From assembly GCF_006345805.1 (NCBI RefSeq), contig NC_043002.1:50158001-50222000 (forward strand): a DNA stretch of 64,000 bases, written 5' to 3'. Position 1 is the first letter of the stretch. Each line of letters begins with the position of its first letter. Below are positions 11,662 to 23,639 of the stretch, piece after piece. A model generated the notes under the pieces. That model was not told the DNA's origin, ran no database searches, and saw only the letters and a program-made list of their open reading frames with translations. Both the position numbers and the translations under genes were made by a program. Origin of the DNA: Octopus sinensis (lineage: Eukaryota).

Positions 11662-12561
11662 GATTTGCGTGTGTGTGTGTGTGCATGTGCGTGCCTGTGT
11701 ACATGTATGTGAGGGTGTGTTTGTGTGAGCGCGCGCGTAGTAAATTGTCTGAGCATACAGAGTGAAGAAATGAAGAAATTCTTTATCAATAACACAGTGG
11801 CAGGAGACAATCAGAACTAAAAATACTACAAATTGCAAAGATGGTTGTTGACTAACAGACGTTTCTTCACTGACATCACGCTACTGCCATGCCAACCTCC
11901 CTCCATCCACCCATCCATCCACCCACCCAACCAACCATCAGTTCATACTAGGCACTCAGTATTACTACTGCTATAGCGAGTGGCCTTTGCGAGAAAAAGG
12001 TGGTCAAGCCGTGATTGGCTTGGACATGCTTGTACCCAGAGGTATTGAATAACGCACTGATAGATTCCGCAGACTTCATCTCCATCTTGATGATATTTGA
12101 AGGCTTTTATTAGCTGTGACAACAACCTTGAATTGACAAATCAATTTGTTTCCACAGTACAACGTCACATGAGATTTTAAACGAAAGTCTATTATTTGCC
12201 AAAATTAGGAGACTTTTAAATTTGTGTGCATGTCTAGTTGATCTGCCATCTTAGACATCACACACACACACACGCGCGTGCGCGCGCACACACACACACA
12301 CACACACAAACATGTGGTTTATATACAAATATTAGATTCTACACATTTACAGCATTCTTTTGCTTTCATTCAGCTAGTGTTCATTGTTTTTATCTTTATA
12401 AAAATACTTATCTTAATTCTCTTTCGCGCTCTCTCCCTTTCTCTTTCTCTCTCTCTCCTCTTTACTTTCTCTCCTCTCCCCTTCTCTCTTTTCTCTCTGT
12501 ATATATGTGGATGGATGGATGGATGTAATATATATGTGTGTATGTATATGTATACATGTAT

Positions 12562-12896
12562 GAAGGTGCATGGCTCAGTGGTTAGAGCATCGAGCTTATG
12601 ATCGTGAGGTTGTGAGTTCGAATCCCGGACTGGGCTGCGTGTTGTATTCTTGAGCAAGACACTTTATTTCACGTTGCTCCAGTTCACTCAGCTGTGGAAA
12701 TGAGTTGCGATTTCACTGGTGCCAAGCTGTATCGGCCTTTGCCTTTCCCTTGGATAACTTTGGTGGCATGGAGAAGGGAGACCGGTATGCATGGGTGACT
12801 GCTGGTCTTCCATACACAACCTTGCCCAACCTTGTGCATCAGAGGGTAGCTTTCTAGGTGCAATCCCATGGTCATTCATGACCAAAGGGTCACCCA
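12562..12896 (+). mobile_element. tRNA-derived SINE, family D
   Basis: TGGCTCAGTGGTTAGAGC (A box), GAGTTCGAATCCC (B box), TTGAGCAAGACACTTTATTTCACGTTGCTCCAG, tail ...GCAATCCCATGGTCATTCATGACCAAAGGG. Confidence 0.85.
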
Positions 12897-13084
12897 TATG
12901 TATGTGTTTATGTAATATATATATATATGTCTATATGTGTGTGTGTGTGTATATATAGATGTATATGTCTATTTGTGTGTGTGTGTGTTTTATAGATATA
13001 TATATATAATTATTATTGTAAACAAGCATCATGACCATCATTTAAATGGTGTTGTAATTCCCAACTCTCACCGAAAACATACCT

Positions 13085-13280
13085 GGCTTTGGGGAAAATA
13101 TTGTCGCCACTGGCTATGAGGAAACAGGTGAAGGGTTGGTGGCTGGAAACCATTCAACTGTAGGAGGTTGATCCCACTGAGTCTTGTCTGACCCATGCAA
13201 GCGTTGAGATGTGGATTTTATAATGATGATGATGGTGTTGGTGGGAGTGATGGTCAGGAAGATGATGATGATGATGATGG
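13085..13280 (+). mobile_element. short element with RTE-type tail (family C variant)
   Basis: GGAAACAGGTGAAGGGTTGG...CTGACCCATGCAAGCG...(GAT)n; similar at 14415-14565 and 27835-27960. Confidence 0.6.
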
Positions 13281-13408
13281 TTGTCATCCATGCAAACAGC
13301 GAATGTTAAAACTATGTCAATGAAATGTGTACCAGTGATATACTGTGGTCAGTTCTATCCATAGGTTTTTTTTTTTTTTCCTTTTTCTTGAAAGTTTCTT
13401 GTGTCCAA

Positions 13409-13590
13409 AAGGTGTGGTAAGGAGTTAGCTTCCCAACGTCATGGTGTTGGGTTCAGTCCCACTGCATGGTACTTTGGGCAAGTGTCTTCTACTAGTGCCC
13501 CAGGTCAACCAAAGCCTTGTGAGTAGATTTTTAATTTAAGAAGAAGCTCATCATATAAATGTGCATGTGTGTGTTGCTCTTTTCTTGCCC
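13409..13590 (+). mobile_element. SINE family A, 5' half
   Basis: GGTTCAGTCCCACTGCATGGTACTTTGGGCAAGTGTCTTCTACT...CCAAAGCCTTGTGAG. Confidence 0.75.
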
Positions 13591-13603
13591 TGACATTGCA
13601 TTC

Positions 13604-13923
13604 TTTTATTCTTTTACTTGTTTCAGTTATTTGACTGTGGCCATGTTGGAGCACTGCCATTAGTCAAATCAACTCCAGGACTTATTCTTTGTAAGCTTAG
13701 TACTTATTCTGTCTTTTCTTTTTTTTTTTCCTGAACCACTAAGTTACAGGGATGTAAACACACCAACATCAGTTGTAAAGCAATGGATGGGAGACAGACA
13801 CATGACAAGGCTTTGGTCGGCCCGGAGCTATAGAAGAAGACACTTGCCCAAGGTACCATGCAGTGAGACTGAACCCAGAACCATGTGGTTGGAAAGCAAG
13901 CTTCTTACCATACAGCCACTCTT
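13604..13923 (-). mobile_element. SINE family A
   Basis: Reverse complement of the family A head and tail (TTTTACTTGTTTCAG...GACACTTGCCCAAGG...CATACAGCCACTC). Confidence 0.8.
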
Positions 13924-15520
13924 ACGTCTTCATGATAATTGTTAGATTTATTTATTTATTTTCTTTCGCTGCTTTTGTGGATTCTCAATACTCTCAATTG
14001 CCATCCACTTCCATTGGAGCTTGACCCATAGTGAATCTTTCAGTAGCTGATTACATGCCCATGAACGCCACCCCTAAGGATGCGTTGCAGTTGCTTGTGA
14101 TCCTGACTGTTAATCTTTTAGGATTCCTCCACTCAACATCAATGTAAGAAGCACCATTAGCTCAGTTGAGCTGTTTCACTACCTCTTCACAATCTGCCAT
14201 ATTGCAGTCCCATGACTTTGCTATATTCCTGACAGGGTGGCTAAACAGGGGCTATGCCTTGTCTAAGGGCAGCTCGTACCTATGCAGGGCACAGTTGTCA
14301 CTACATGAGGTATTTTCAAAATTCTCTCATACCTGAATGATAATTTTAAATAAATGTTACTGTTCTGCAAGTAGTGCTGTTTGTTTCTTATCTTCCATAA
14401 AAGAATGTTTAGTCATGGGGGAACTATTACCTTAATTAGAGACAGGTGAACGTTGGCAATGGAAAGGGTATCCAGCTGCCGAAAATCCTCCTCAACCAAT
14501 TCCATCTGACCCATGCAAGCACGGAAAAGTGGATGTCAAAACTATGATGATGTTGATGATGGTGATAGCTATTTGTGGGATTTATGCTGTGAGCATGCAC
14601 TCAGTATCTAACATATTCATTTTAATGTCATTTATGACAAGATTAGTGATGTGCATGTAACTGTGGCAAATTGCCAGTGTCAAATAAAATGCCTTGCAAC
14701 ATTTGTTCCAGCTCTGTGCATTGAGAGTTGAAATCCTGCTGAGATCAGCATTGCCTTTGCATCGTTTCACAGTTCATAGGCAAAGCATCAGTCAATGGAA
14801 TTCTGAGTGTGTTGGACAAACTGTTTTGCCAGCCTCTGTTTAGGCTCTCTGGTTTCTAAGTGCAGGTTCTGCTGCTTAGGGGTTCAAATTCTGTCATTGA
14901 CCAAGGCTAGTCACCCAAACATGGGACTATGATTGATTAGAAAAGCTTGAATTGTTAGGGGTTGGGGATTGCAATTGAATGACGATAATGATGATGATGT
15001 GTTTCAGTGTGTTGTGGTGGGTGAGAGAGAAAGGGTGTGTGTTTGATGGCCTAGTAGGTAGGATGTTGCACTTATGATTGTGAGATCTTGGTTTCAATTC
15101 CCAGATTGGCGGTGTGTTGTGTTCTGGAGCAAAGCATTTCATTTCACATTACTCTGGTTCACAAGCTGTTAATGGGTAATCTTGTGGTAAATTGGTGTAC
15201 AAGGATGAGATGGTGACCCAGGAAAAATTTTCTGAACAGAGGTCTTGCAAGCCACATTTTATATTCAGCAATCAAAAGGATGAATAGTACAACCTGTACT
15301 GTGAAACTCGACTGCTTGGGCTTGATTGTTCAACCATATCGAAGGTTGATTGATTGATTGAATGTGTGTGTGCGTATGTGTTTCTGAGCAAAATACAATA
15401 TGCTTATATGCTTCTTTATACAAAAAAAAAATGTTTCTACATGTGATGAAATTCTTTTATGTAATTTTAATATGCGATTAAGAAACTCTAGATATGTATA
15501 GGTTTGTGTGTGGGTGTATA

Positions 15521-15908
15521 CTCTTTACTCTCTTACTCTTTTACTTGTTTCAGTCATTTGACTGCAGCCATGCTGGAGCACTGCCTTTAGTCAAGGAAAT
15601 CGACCCCAGGACTTATTCTTTGTAAGCTTATACTTATTCTATTGGTCTCTTTTGCTGAACCGCTAAATTACTTGGATGTAAACACACCAGCATCGGTTGT
15701 CAAGCGATGTTGGTGGGGACAGACACACACACACACACACACACATATATGGGCTTCTTTCAGTTTCTGTCTACCAAATCCACTCACAAGGCTTTGGTCG
15801 GCCCGAGGCTATAGTAGAAGACACTTGCCCAAGGTGCCACACAGTGGGACTGAACCCGGAACCATGTGGTTGGTAAGCAAGCTGCTTACCACCCAGCCAC
15901 TCCTGCAC
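15521..15908 (-). mobile_element. SINE family A, near-complete
   Basis: Well-preserved reverse copy from CTTTTACTTGTTTCAGTCATTTGACTGC to CCCAGCCACTCCTGCACC. Confidence 0.9.
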
Positions 15909-16805
15909 CTATGCATATCTATATACTTTTGCATGTATACATTTATGTCCTTGTGTATTCATGTATGTCCATGTGTGCATTCGTAAGTGTATACTGATAA
16001 AAGAATTCTACAATGGAAGTGTTAGATTTGGGCAGTGGTAGGTGAAATTGGATTTATATTTAGTAGTACCTGACTTGGATGAGTGTGGGAAGCAATGTTA
16101 ATTAAATAATGTTTCTTTGTCTGATTTATTCTCATCCCACAGTTGAAACATTTAAAATGTCTCATTCACTGCTTTGCCTTGCTTATTTTTTTATCTGTAT
16201 AGATACTGCATTTACAACAGTATGTGCAAACCAACACGGGAGCCTTTATATTGTTGCTTAGTTTGCTAGAAATAACAGGCAAGTTTATTTAACATCATCT
16301 CAACTCTGTCTTTTACATGTGTCTTTGTGTGTGTATATTTGCATACATTTGGTGATTTAATATATAGATTTTGTTATAAAGACTGGAGCAGTTTCAAATC
16401 AATATTCAAGACGTATATTAAAATAAACATAGGATTTAAATTTACCTCTTTCTTGAGCCTGAGTTTAACACATGATTTTATGAGCTTTCATTCATAAAAA
16501 TGCAGTGTTGTGATTGGAAGAATTTCACAGTATCAGAATTTATGCAAAACTTCTCTGCTACCTTCATGTCAGGTGACACAGGAAATTGCTAAAATCATTT
16601 TCTGTAAGAAAACTTTATAGTTGTTTATATATAAATATAGCAAAGAAAAATAAATAAAAAACAAACCCCAGGTAGGTAAGCTGTGTTGTGAATTATAGAG
16701 TCCACAGCTTGTTTGGATGTTTCATTTCTTTGGCACAATTTCTGAAGCCGGTTGTCCTTCCTATCTATAATCAACCACTTTACAGCATGTATTAAATGCA
16801 TTCTT

Positions 16806-17037
16806 TTTTCCTTATTGCCCACAAAGGGCTAAACATAGAGGGGACAAACAAGGACAGACAAAGGGATTAAGTCGATTAAATCGACTCCAGTGCATAACTG
16901 GTACTTATTTAATCGACCCTGAAAGGATGAAAGGCAAAGTTGACCTTGGCGGAATTTGAACTCAGAACGTAGTGGCAGACGAAATATGGCTACGCATTTC
17001 GCCTGGCATGCTAACGTTTCTGCCAGCTCACTGCCGT
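16806..17037 (-). mobile_element. SINE family B, young copy
   Basis: Minus strand: GAGCTGGCAGAAACGTTAGC (A box)...CTGAGTTCAAATTCCGCC (B box)...; CpGs retained. Confidence 0.85.
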
Positions 17038-17323
17038 ATTAAATGCGTGTATTAAATGCATTCTATCCTGCCACTGGGGACTAGAGCAAACTTGTCTGCA
17101 GTAGATCCAAAGTGTTTCCTTCACTCATCATCAGTTCTTATTCAGATTTACTGCTCTGCTATGTGGATAGCCTATGATGTTACCTGCAACGTCTACCTCT
17201 TGATCAAAGCCATGCCCCCACAGCCATTGTGATGCTAGCCATACTAAAATGTCGAAGACTCTAGACCAGGAGTTCTTCAATGGGGTCCAGATAGGATTTT
17301 ATCATTAAAATTTATGTACAATA

Positions 17324-17751
17324 AGTGCAGTCGTAGCTGTGTGGTAAGGAGCTTTCTTTCCAACCACATGGCTCCGGGTTCAGTCCCACTACTTGGCACC
17401 TTGGGCAATTGTCTTCTACAATTGCCTCCGGCCGACCAAAGCCTTGTGAGTGGATTTAGTAGACGGAAACAGGAAAGAAGCCTGTTGTACTGTTGTGTGT
17501 ATATATATATCTATATGTCTATATCTGTATTTTTGTGTCTGTGTTTTTACCCCTGCCATCACTTGTCAACTGATGTTGATGTGTTTATGTCACCGTGACT
17601 TAGTGGTTTGGGAAAAACAACCAATGGAATAAGTACTAGGCTGATAAGGAATAAGTCCTGGGGTTGATTTTTTTTCAACTAAAAAACACTTTCAGATGGT
17701 ACTCCACCATGGTCACAGTTAAATGACTGAAACAAATAAAAGAATGTAAAG
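17324..17751 (+). mobile_element. SINE family A
   Basis: GCTGTGTGGTAAGG...GGGTTCAGTCCCACT...AAATGACTGAAACAAATAAAAG. Confidence 0.85.
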
Positions 17752-17819
17752 TAAAATGAATATATTAATTAAATTAATAGCTCATTAGTTTTCTGAGTTC
17801 AGCTGAGAGTTTCACACAT

Positions 17820-18582
<763 letters not shown>

Positions 18583-18878
18583 AATATATGTATGTGTGTG
18601 TTCATTACATGTATGAGGTGGGTGTTATTGGGGTTCTGTCTAATAGGACTGCATGCTGCAGAGGACGGCAGCATGGTACTAAGTGTTAAATCATGAAAAA
18701 CTGTGACTCATGCTGCAGCAGGTTGACAGGATCTGGAGACAACCGAAAGCTGTCACTTTTATTAATAATAGTAGTAATAATAGTAACAACGATGATGGTG
18801 GTAATAATAATAATAATAATAATATATTTGTTGTGCAAGATTTTTTATGTGAAATAGTGTGTTGAAACAGATATTGTT

Positions 18879-19298
18879 GTATTTAGGAATGGTCATTTTG
18901 CCAGTTTAGCCAATAAAAACACATGCACTATATATTTGATGTTACTTTGCTTCAGTGTTATTTATTTTTTACATTAAACTTAATCTTATTTCGCCCAGAG
19001 TTCTTTCGTCACGCTCCTGTGACCACCCTTTGCTTTCTTCTTTCTTATTTGTGTGTCTCTCCTTACTAACCCTCAGCCACAGGGTGGTGGAAAGACAGTT
19101 AGTAAGGAGAGACACACAAATAAGAAAGAAGAAAGCAAAGGACCACTGATGCGGTCACAGGAGTGTGACGAAAGAACTCTGGCTGAAATAAGATTAAGTT
19201 TAAAGTAAAAAACAAATAACACTGAAGCAAAGTAACACCAAATATATAGTGCGTGTGTCTTTATTGGCTAAACTGGCAAAATGACCATTCTGAAATAC
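18879..19298. repeat. long inverted repeat (foldback), probably paired Penelope-type terminal repeats
   Basis: Arms 18879-19070 and 19098-19298 are reverse complements with 10 substitutions and one indel by my alignment; 27-nt spacer. The repeat is certain, the Penelope assignment is inferred. Confidence 0.9.
19143..19182 (+). ncRNA. minimal type I hammerhead-ribozyme-like motif (variant core)
   Basis: CCA-CTGATG-CG-GTCAC(AGGAGT)GTGAC-GAAA-GAAC-TC-TGG: stem I CCA/TGG, stem II GTCAC/GTGAC, GAAA, 1-2 bp helix III, CUC site. The conserved A9 is C here. Confidence 0.45.
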
Positions 19299-19324
19299 TA
19301 CTACTACTACCACCACCACCACCC

Positions 19325-19560
19325 TTTCTACTGTAAGCACAAGGCCTGAAATTTTGGGAGAGGGAGATAGTCAATTACATTGACTCCAGTGCTTAGCTGG
19401 TACTTATTTCATCAACCCTAACCCTGACCCCAAAAGATGAAAGGCAAAGTTGACTTTGGCACAACTTGAACTGAGAATGTGAAGATGGATGAAAACGTTT
19501 CTGCCAGTAATAATGATGATGACCCTTTTTACTATAGCCACAAGGCCGGAAATTTTAGTA
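19325..19560 (-). mobile_element. SINE family B (one full, one partial)
   Basis: CACAAGGCCTGAAATTTTGGG...GAAAGGCAAAGTTGACTTTGGC...CTGCCAG. Confidence 0.75.
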
Positions 19561-19574
19561 AGAGTTATGGCACA

Positions 19575-20100
19575 ATGTCCAAGTCCTTCATACAGTTACC
19601 CACATTACACCTCCTCACCTGTGAAAAGTGAATAAATCTTGGCCTGTCTGTGTTAAGTTTGAAGTCATGATCAGCACATTAATCTTCGCATAGTAATATA
19701 TTATTATGTAGGTTGGGAGTTGTGTATATAAATAAATGATATGGACGAGGTGTTTGAGTACTACAATTGTTTCAAAACCACATTGGATGTATGTTACGTA
19801 ACATTATGAATGTCCTGTAATCATTCCAGTGTACTTCAGGTACATGCAGGATTTGTAGTACTAAACGACCTTTTCCATCCCATTTATATGTAGATTTGAT
19901 TATCGCATTATAAGCAACCTTTATTGCTTTCAAAACAGAGTTGTATAGTACCTGTCGTCTTATTGGAATTTTCTGTCTAATCTTGATATGGAGTGAACTG
20001 TATTTGATGCCTTGGTCAATAAATTTATTGATTGAGTCATCTGTCTTCTCTATACAAACCATTTTTATGCTTGAGACAAACAAACTATGTCTTACCACAA
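19575..20100 (-). mobile_element. degraded coding remnant, possibly Penelope-like (RT-to-GIY-YIG linker region)
   Basis: 108-aa ORF 19772-20098 continues past a stop into TPNLHNNIL and then a C-x-C-rich stretch (FHR*GRCNVGNC across a frameshift), like the PNL..IL.R / Zn-linker of Penelope ORFs. Similarity by eye only. Confidence 0.3.
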
Positions 20101-20845
20101 TATCTTAATTGATCCTTTTACATATGTGTGTGTATATTTATTTGGAAACAGTTACAAAATTTGTTTATATTTGCTCAGACAACAATATTAGCGAAAGGAT
20201 AGAATGTGATCTAGGTTAGACAGAATTTCATTGGTCAGTAGTAGTCCTGAGAGGTCGCATGTTTGCCTGGTGAGCTTCATTGGTCTTAGGGTACTTACAT
20301 ATTTATGGAATGAAATTTGAATATCACCATTAGCTCAAACTGCCTATCTTCATTTAAACTTTCATTGCTATCCTAACTCCAGGATAATACCACAGAACTT
20401 TGTTCTTATCTTCCTTGATAAAGAGTCTGAGCTCAAAATATCAGTGTTTCCTTTCCTCTCATCAATTACACATATATTTTCCTACTATTGCATTTATCTT
20501 GGATTAATTATTGCCATCGCAACCCCACACAATTTCCTTTGATTTCTTTTTTGTTTTCATTTTACTTTTACTCGTTAGATCTCTGTGAGGAAAGTTGTCT
20601 AGCACCAGTCACTAAATATTCCAGATATATCAGGTAGTGTTTTTGTGTGATTGTTAACATCAATTTGTATGTGTCAGGCTGACCATCTGTGTGTGTGTGT
20701 GTGTGTTTGTGATTGTTTCTCTTTAATATGTTGATGCATGTCTGTCTCATTTCGTGTGCTTGCCTGATTCTGTATGTTCGTCTAAGTCTCTTTGTATGCT
20801 TGCTTATGTTAGTCTCACTCTTACTTTCTCTCTGTCTCTGTCTCA

Positions 20846-20914
<69 letters not shown>

Positions 20915-21374
20915 GTGGTGGTAGAAGACAAAGCTTCAAACTGAAAATCAAAATCTAGCGAGTGATAGGAAATAAGGAAAAAGCTGGGTGGTGGGGTAGG
21001 GTGGAGAGAACAGTTGTAGGAACCTTTAAAAGAGGATGAAGGTGAGTGAATAGGAGGAAAAAGGAAAAGAAATGTTTGTGTGTGTGTTGTATAAGGATCA
21101 CAAATCAATGATGTCTGATCAATAATGGCTAGAGACCATTGATTAGCTTCTATGTATTGCTGTACAGTGTATAGAAGTTATTTCTTCAAGTATTTCCCCA
21201 TAGGGATTTTTAAAAGCCATTTTATGCAGTTAATGTTATCTATCTTGTATTGTCTCAGCTTTCAACTCTCTAGAACAGACCAGTGGTGGAGATGGTGGTG
21301 GTGGTGGTGACTGGATAGTGCGGGGTGTTAAGTGGTGGAGGTGTCATGGTGCTAGAGAGAGAGACATACTGCAA

Positions 21375-21790
21375 CTTGATTGATATTAACCTCATGTCAG
21401 TAGTTGTGTGGTCGTGGTCGTGGTGGTGACACAAGAATCAAATTCAGGTTGACATTGCCCTGGTGTAGGACATTGTGTGGTCATATAGCAAGTTAACATT
21501 GATCAGGTGTCGGTGAGGTGATCGGGTTGTGGAAGTATGGAATGCCGTACAGGTTAAAATTGACCTGGTGTTAGTGGTACTGTGATGTCATACAACATGT
21601 TGACATTGCCCTGCGGTTAGAGGCATGGTGATGATGTAAGACTTTGTACAAGAAGTAGTTGGCATTGATCTGGTGCTGGCCACCTTGTGACAGTGGATGT
21701 TTGGTGGTATAAAAGCAGGTTGGTATAGACTTGGTCTTGGTAGATGTGTATAGATCACTACAAGTCAAGTTGACCTCGTTTTGGTAATCT
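21375..21790. repeat. degenerate minisatellite with recurrent TTGACATTG(A/C)CCTGGTGT motif
   Basis: Motif variants at 21449, 21493, 21554, 21600, 21659, ~21720, ~21775. Confidence 0.65.
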
Positions 21791-21829
21791 TGTACTTTCT
21801 ATTGCTAGCCTTGTATTTATATATATATC

Positions 21830-22030
21830 ATCGGTTTCAAACTTTGACACAAGGCCAGTAGTTTTTTGAGGGGAGGGGTTAAGTTGTCAATTATATTGAC
21901 CCCCCCATCCCCCAGTGCTCGACTGATACTTATTTTATTGACCCCAAAAGGATAAAAAGCAATGTTGACCTTGGTACAATTTGAACTCAGAACTTAAAGA
22001 CTGACAAACTGCTTCTAAGCATTTTGTGCA
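21830..22030 (-). mobile_element. SINE family B (degraded)
   Basis: GACACAAGGCC...TTGACCCCAAAAGGATAAAAAGCAATGTTGACCTTGG...TTTGAACTCAGAAC. Confidence 0.7.
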
Positions 22031-22072
22031 GCTTGTCCCCTTATTTGTATTCCTTATTGGCATGTATTTATT

Positions 22073-22229
22073 AAAGGTGCAGGTCTGGTTAAGAAGGTGA
22101 CTTTGCAACCTTATGGTTTTGGGTTCAGTCTTAACGCTCGGCACCTTGGGCAAGAATCTTCTACAACCCTCGGTTGACTAATGTTTGGTGAATGAATTTG
22201 GTTGACAGAAACTGTATAAAAGCCTGTCA

Positions 22230-22268
<39 letters not shown>

Positions 22269-22430
22269 GCTTGTTTATGTTACTGTAACTTAACAGTTTG
22301 GCAAACAACGCCGATAAAATAAGAACCAGGTTTAAAAAATAATACCAAGGTTGATTTGTTTGACCAAGCTTTTTTAGGTGGTAGCCCAGCTTGGCTGCAG
22401 TCCAGTGATTGAAAGAAGTAAAAGATAAAA
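22073..22430 (+). mobile_element. SINE family A
   Basis: GGGTTCAGTC...GGCACCTTGGGCAAG...(TG)n...GGCTGCAGTCCAGTGATTGAAAGAAGTAAAAG. Confidence 0.75.
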
Positions 22431-22516
22431 AAATATCCTGATCTTTGGTACAAAATTGCAGCAGAGGTGTAAATTTATCTTACTGTAGCAACTAATAAAA
22501 TTTGTATCTGTTACCT

Positions 22517-22816
22517 CTTACCTGTTTCAGTTATTAGACTGCAGCCATACTGGGATACTGTCTTGAGGAATTCTAGTTGAACTAGTCGACCCCTGTACTT
22601 ATTTTCGTTTTAAGCCTGGTACTTGTTCTGTTGGTGTGTTTTGCTGAAATGCTAAGTCACAGGGATGTAAACACACCAACACTGGTTGTCATGTGGTGAT
22701 GGGAGACACACACATATATGTGGAAACAGAAGGAAGTCTGTTGTGTGTGTATGTATGTATGTATATATATGTGTGTGTAAGTGTGTGTATATATATATAT
22801 ATATATATACATTCAT

Positions 22817-22871
<55 letters not shown>

Positions 22872-23048
22872 TCTATGTATGTATGATTAACAGGCTTCTC
22901 TCAGTTGTCATCTACCAAATCCATTCATAAAACTTTGGTTGGCCCGAGGCTACAGTAGAAGACACTTGCCCAAAGTATCACACAGCGGGACTGAACCCAG
23001 CACCATGTGGCTGGGAAGCAAACCTCTTACCACATAGCCATGCCTACA
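22517..23048 (-). mobile_element. SINE family A with expanded internal microsatellite
   Basis: CCTGTTTCAG...GATGTAAACACACCAAC...GACACTTGCCCAAAG...CACATAGCCATGCC. Confidence 0.8.
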
Positions 23049-23639
23049 CATATCTCTCATTTTTAACCTACTTTTCTTAGTTTATGAAGAAATAGTGACT
23101 GAAAACATATCACCACACAACTACTGGCAAGGGGTTAATATCAATCAAGTTGCAGTATGTCTCTCTCTAACATCATGAAACCACCACTTAACTTTGTGAT
23201 GTTTATAAAAATTTTGTAAGAATATGAAGTTAATGAAAGACACTGAACATAGAAAATTAGAGAAGAAAAATATATTTCTTTGATATTCCTACTACCTGTT
23301 TAACTAACTTTATCATGAACTAAAAGATTTTGAATGAAATCTGTACAAATATACAGCAGTGAAAATGTTTAGGATATGGAGACACAGTGAAGTTAGGATG
23401 TGTTTGTGGCAGTATTCAAATAACGGAGTAATCTGTTGACTGTCAAGCTCATGGCAAATGTTAATCTGTGGTTGAAGACGCCTAACAAGTATTGGACAAT
23501 ATTGTTATGAAGACACAAGTTCAAGACAGATGTATCATAGAAATTAAGACTGATGTGATTGACTCTTGAAGAACAGGGAATAAAAACTAGCGAATAACAA
23601 GATTCTTAATGTGATCTTGTTTGAATGAATATATCAGAG

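Noticed and set aside
12570-12635. tRNA-like sequence (also the other SINE heads)
   Set aside because: No complete cloverleaf or acceptor stem and runs straight into a SINE body; not a tRNA gene.
13950-14330. Possible LINE remnant on the minus strand
   Set aside because: Only faint motif hints (GSET, QRIL) across many stops; cannot be assigned without an HMM search.
17100-17140. CUGAUGA...GAAAC on the minus strand
   Set aside because: No stem II pairing between the core halves; not a credible hammerhead.
21375-21790. CRISPR-like repeat/spacer appearance
   Set aside because: Eukaryotic context, short degenerate repeats, spacers related to one another, no cas genes; kept only as a minisatellite.
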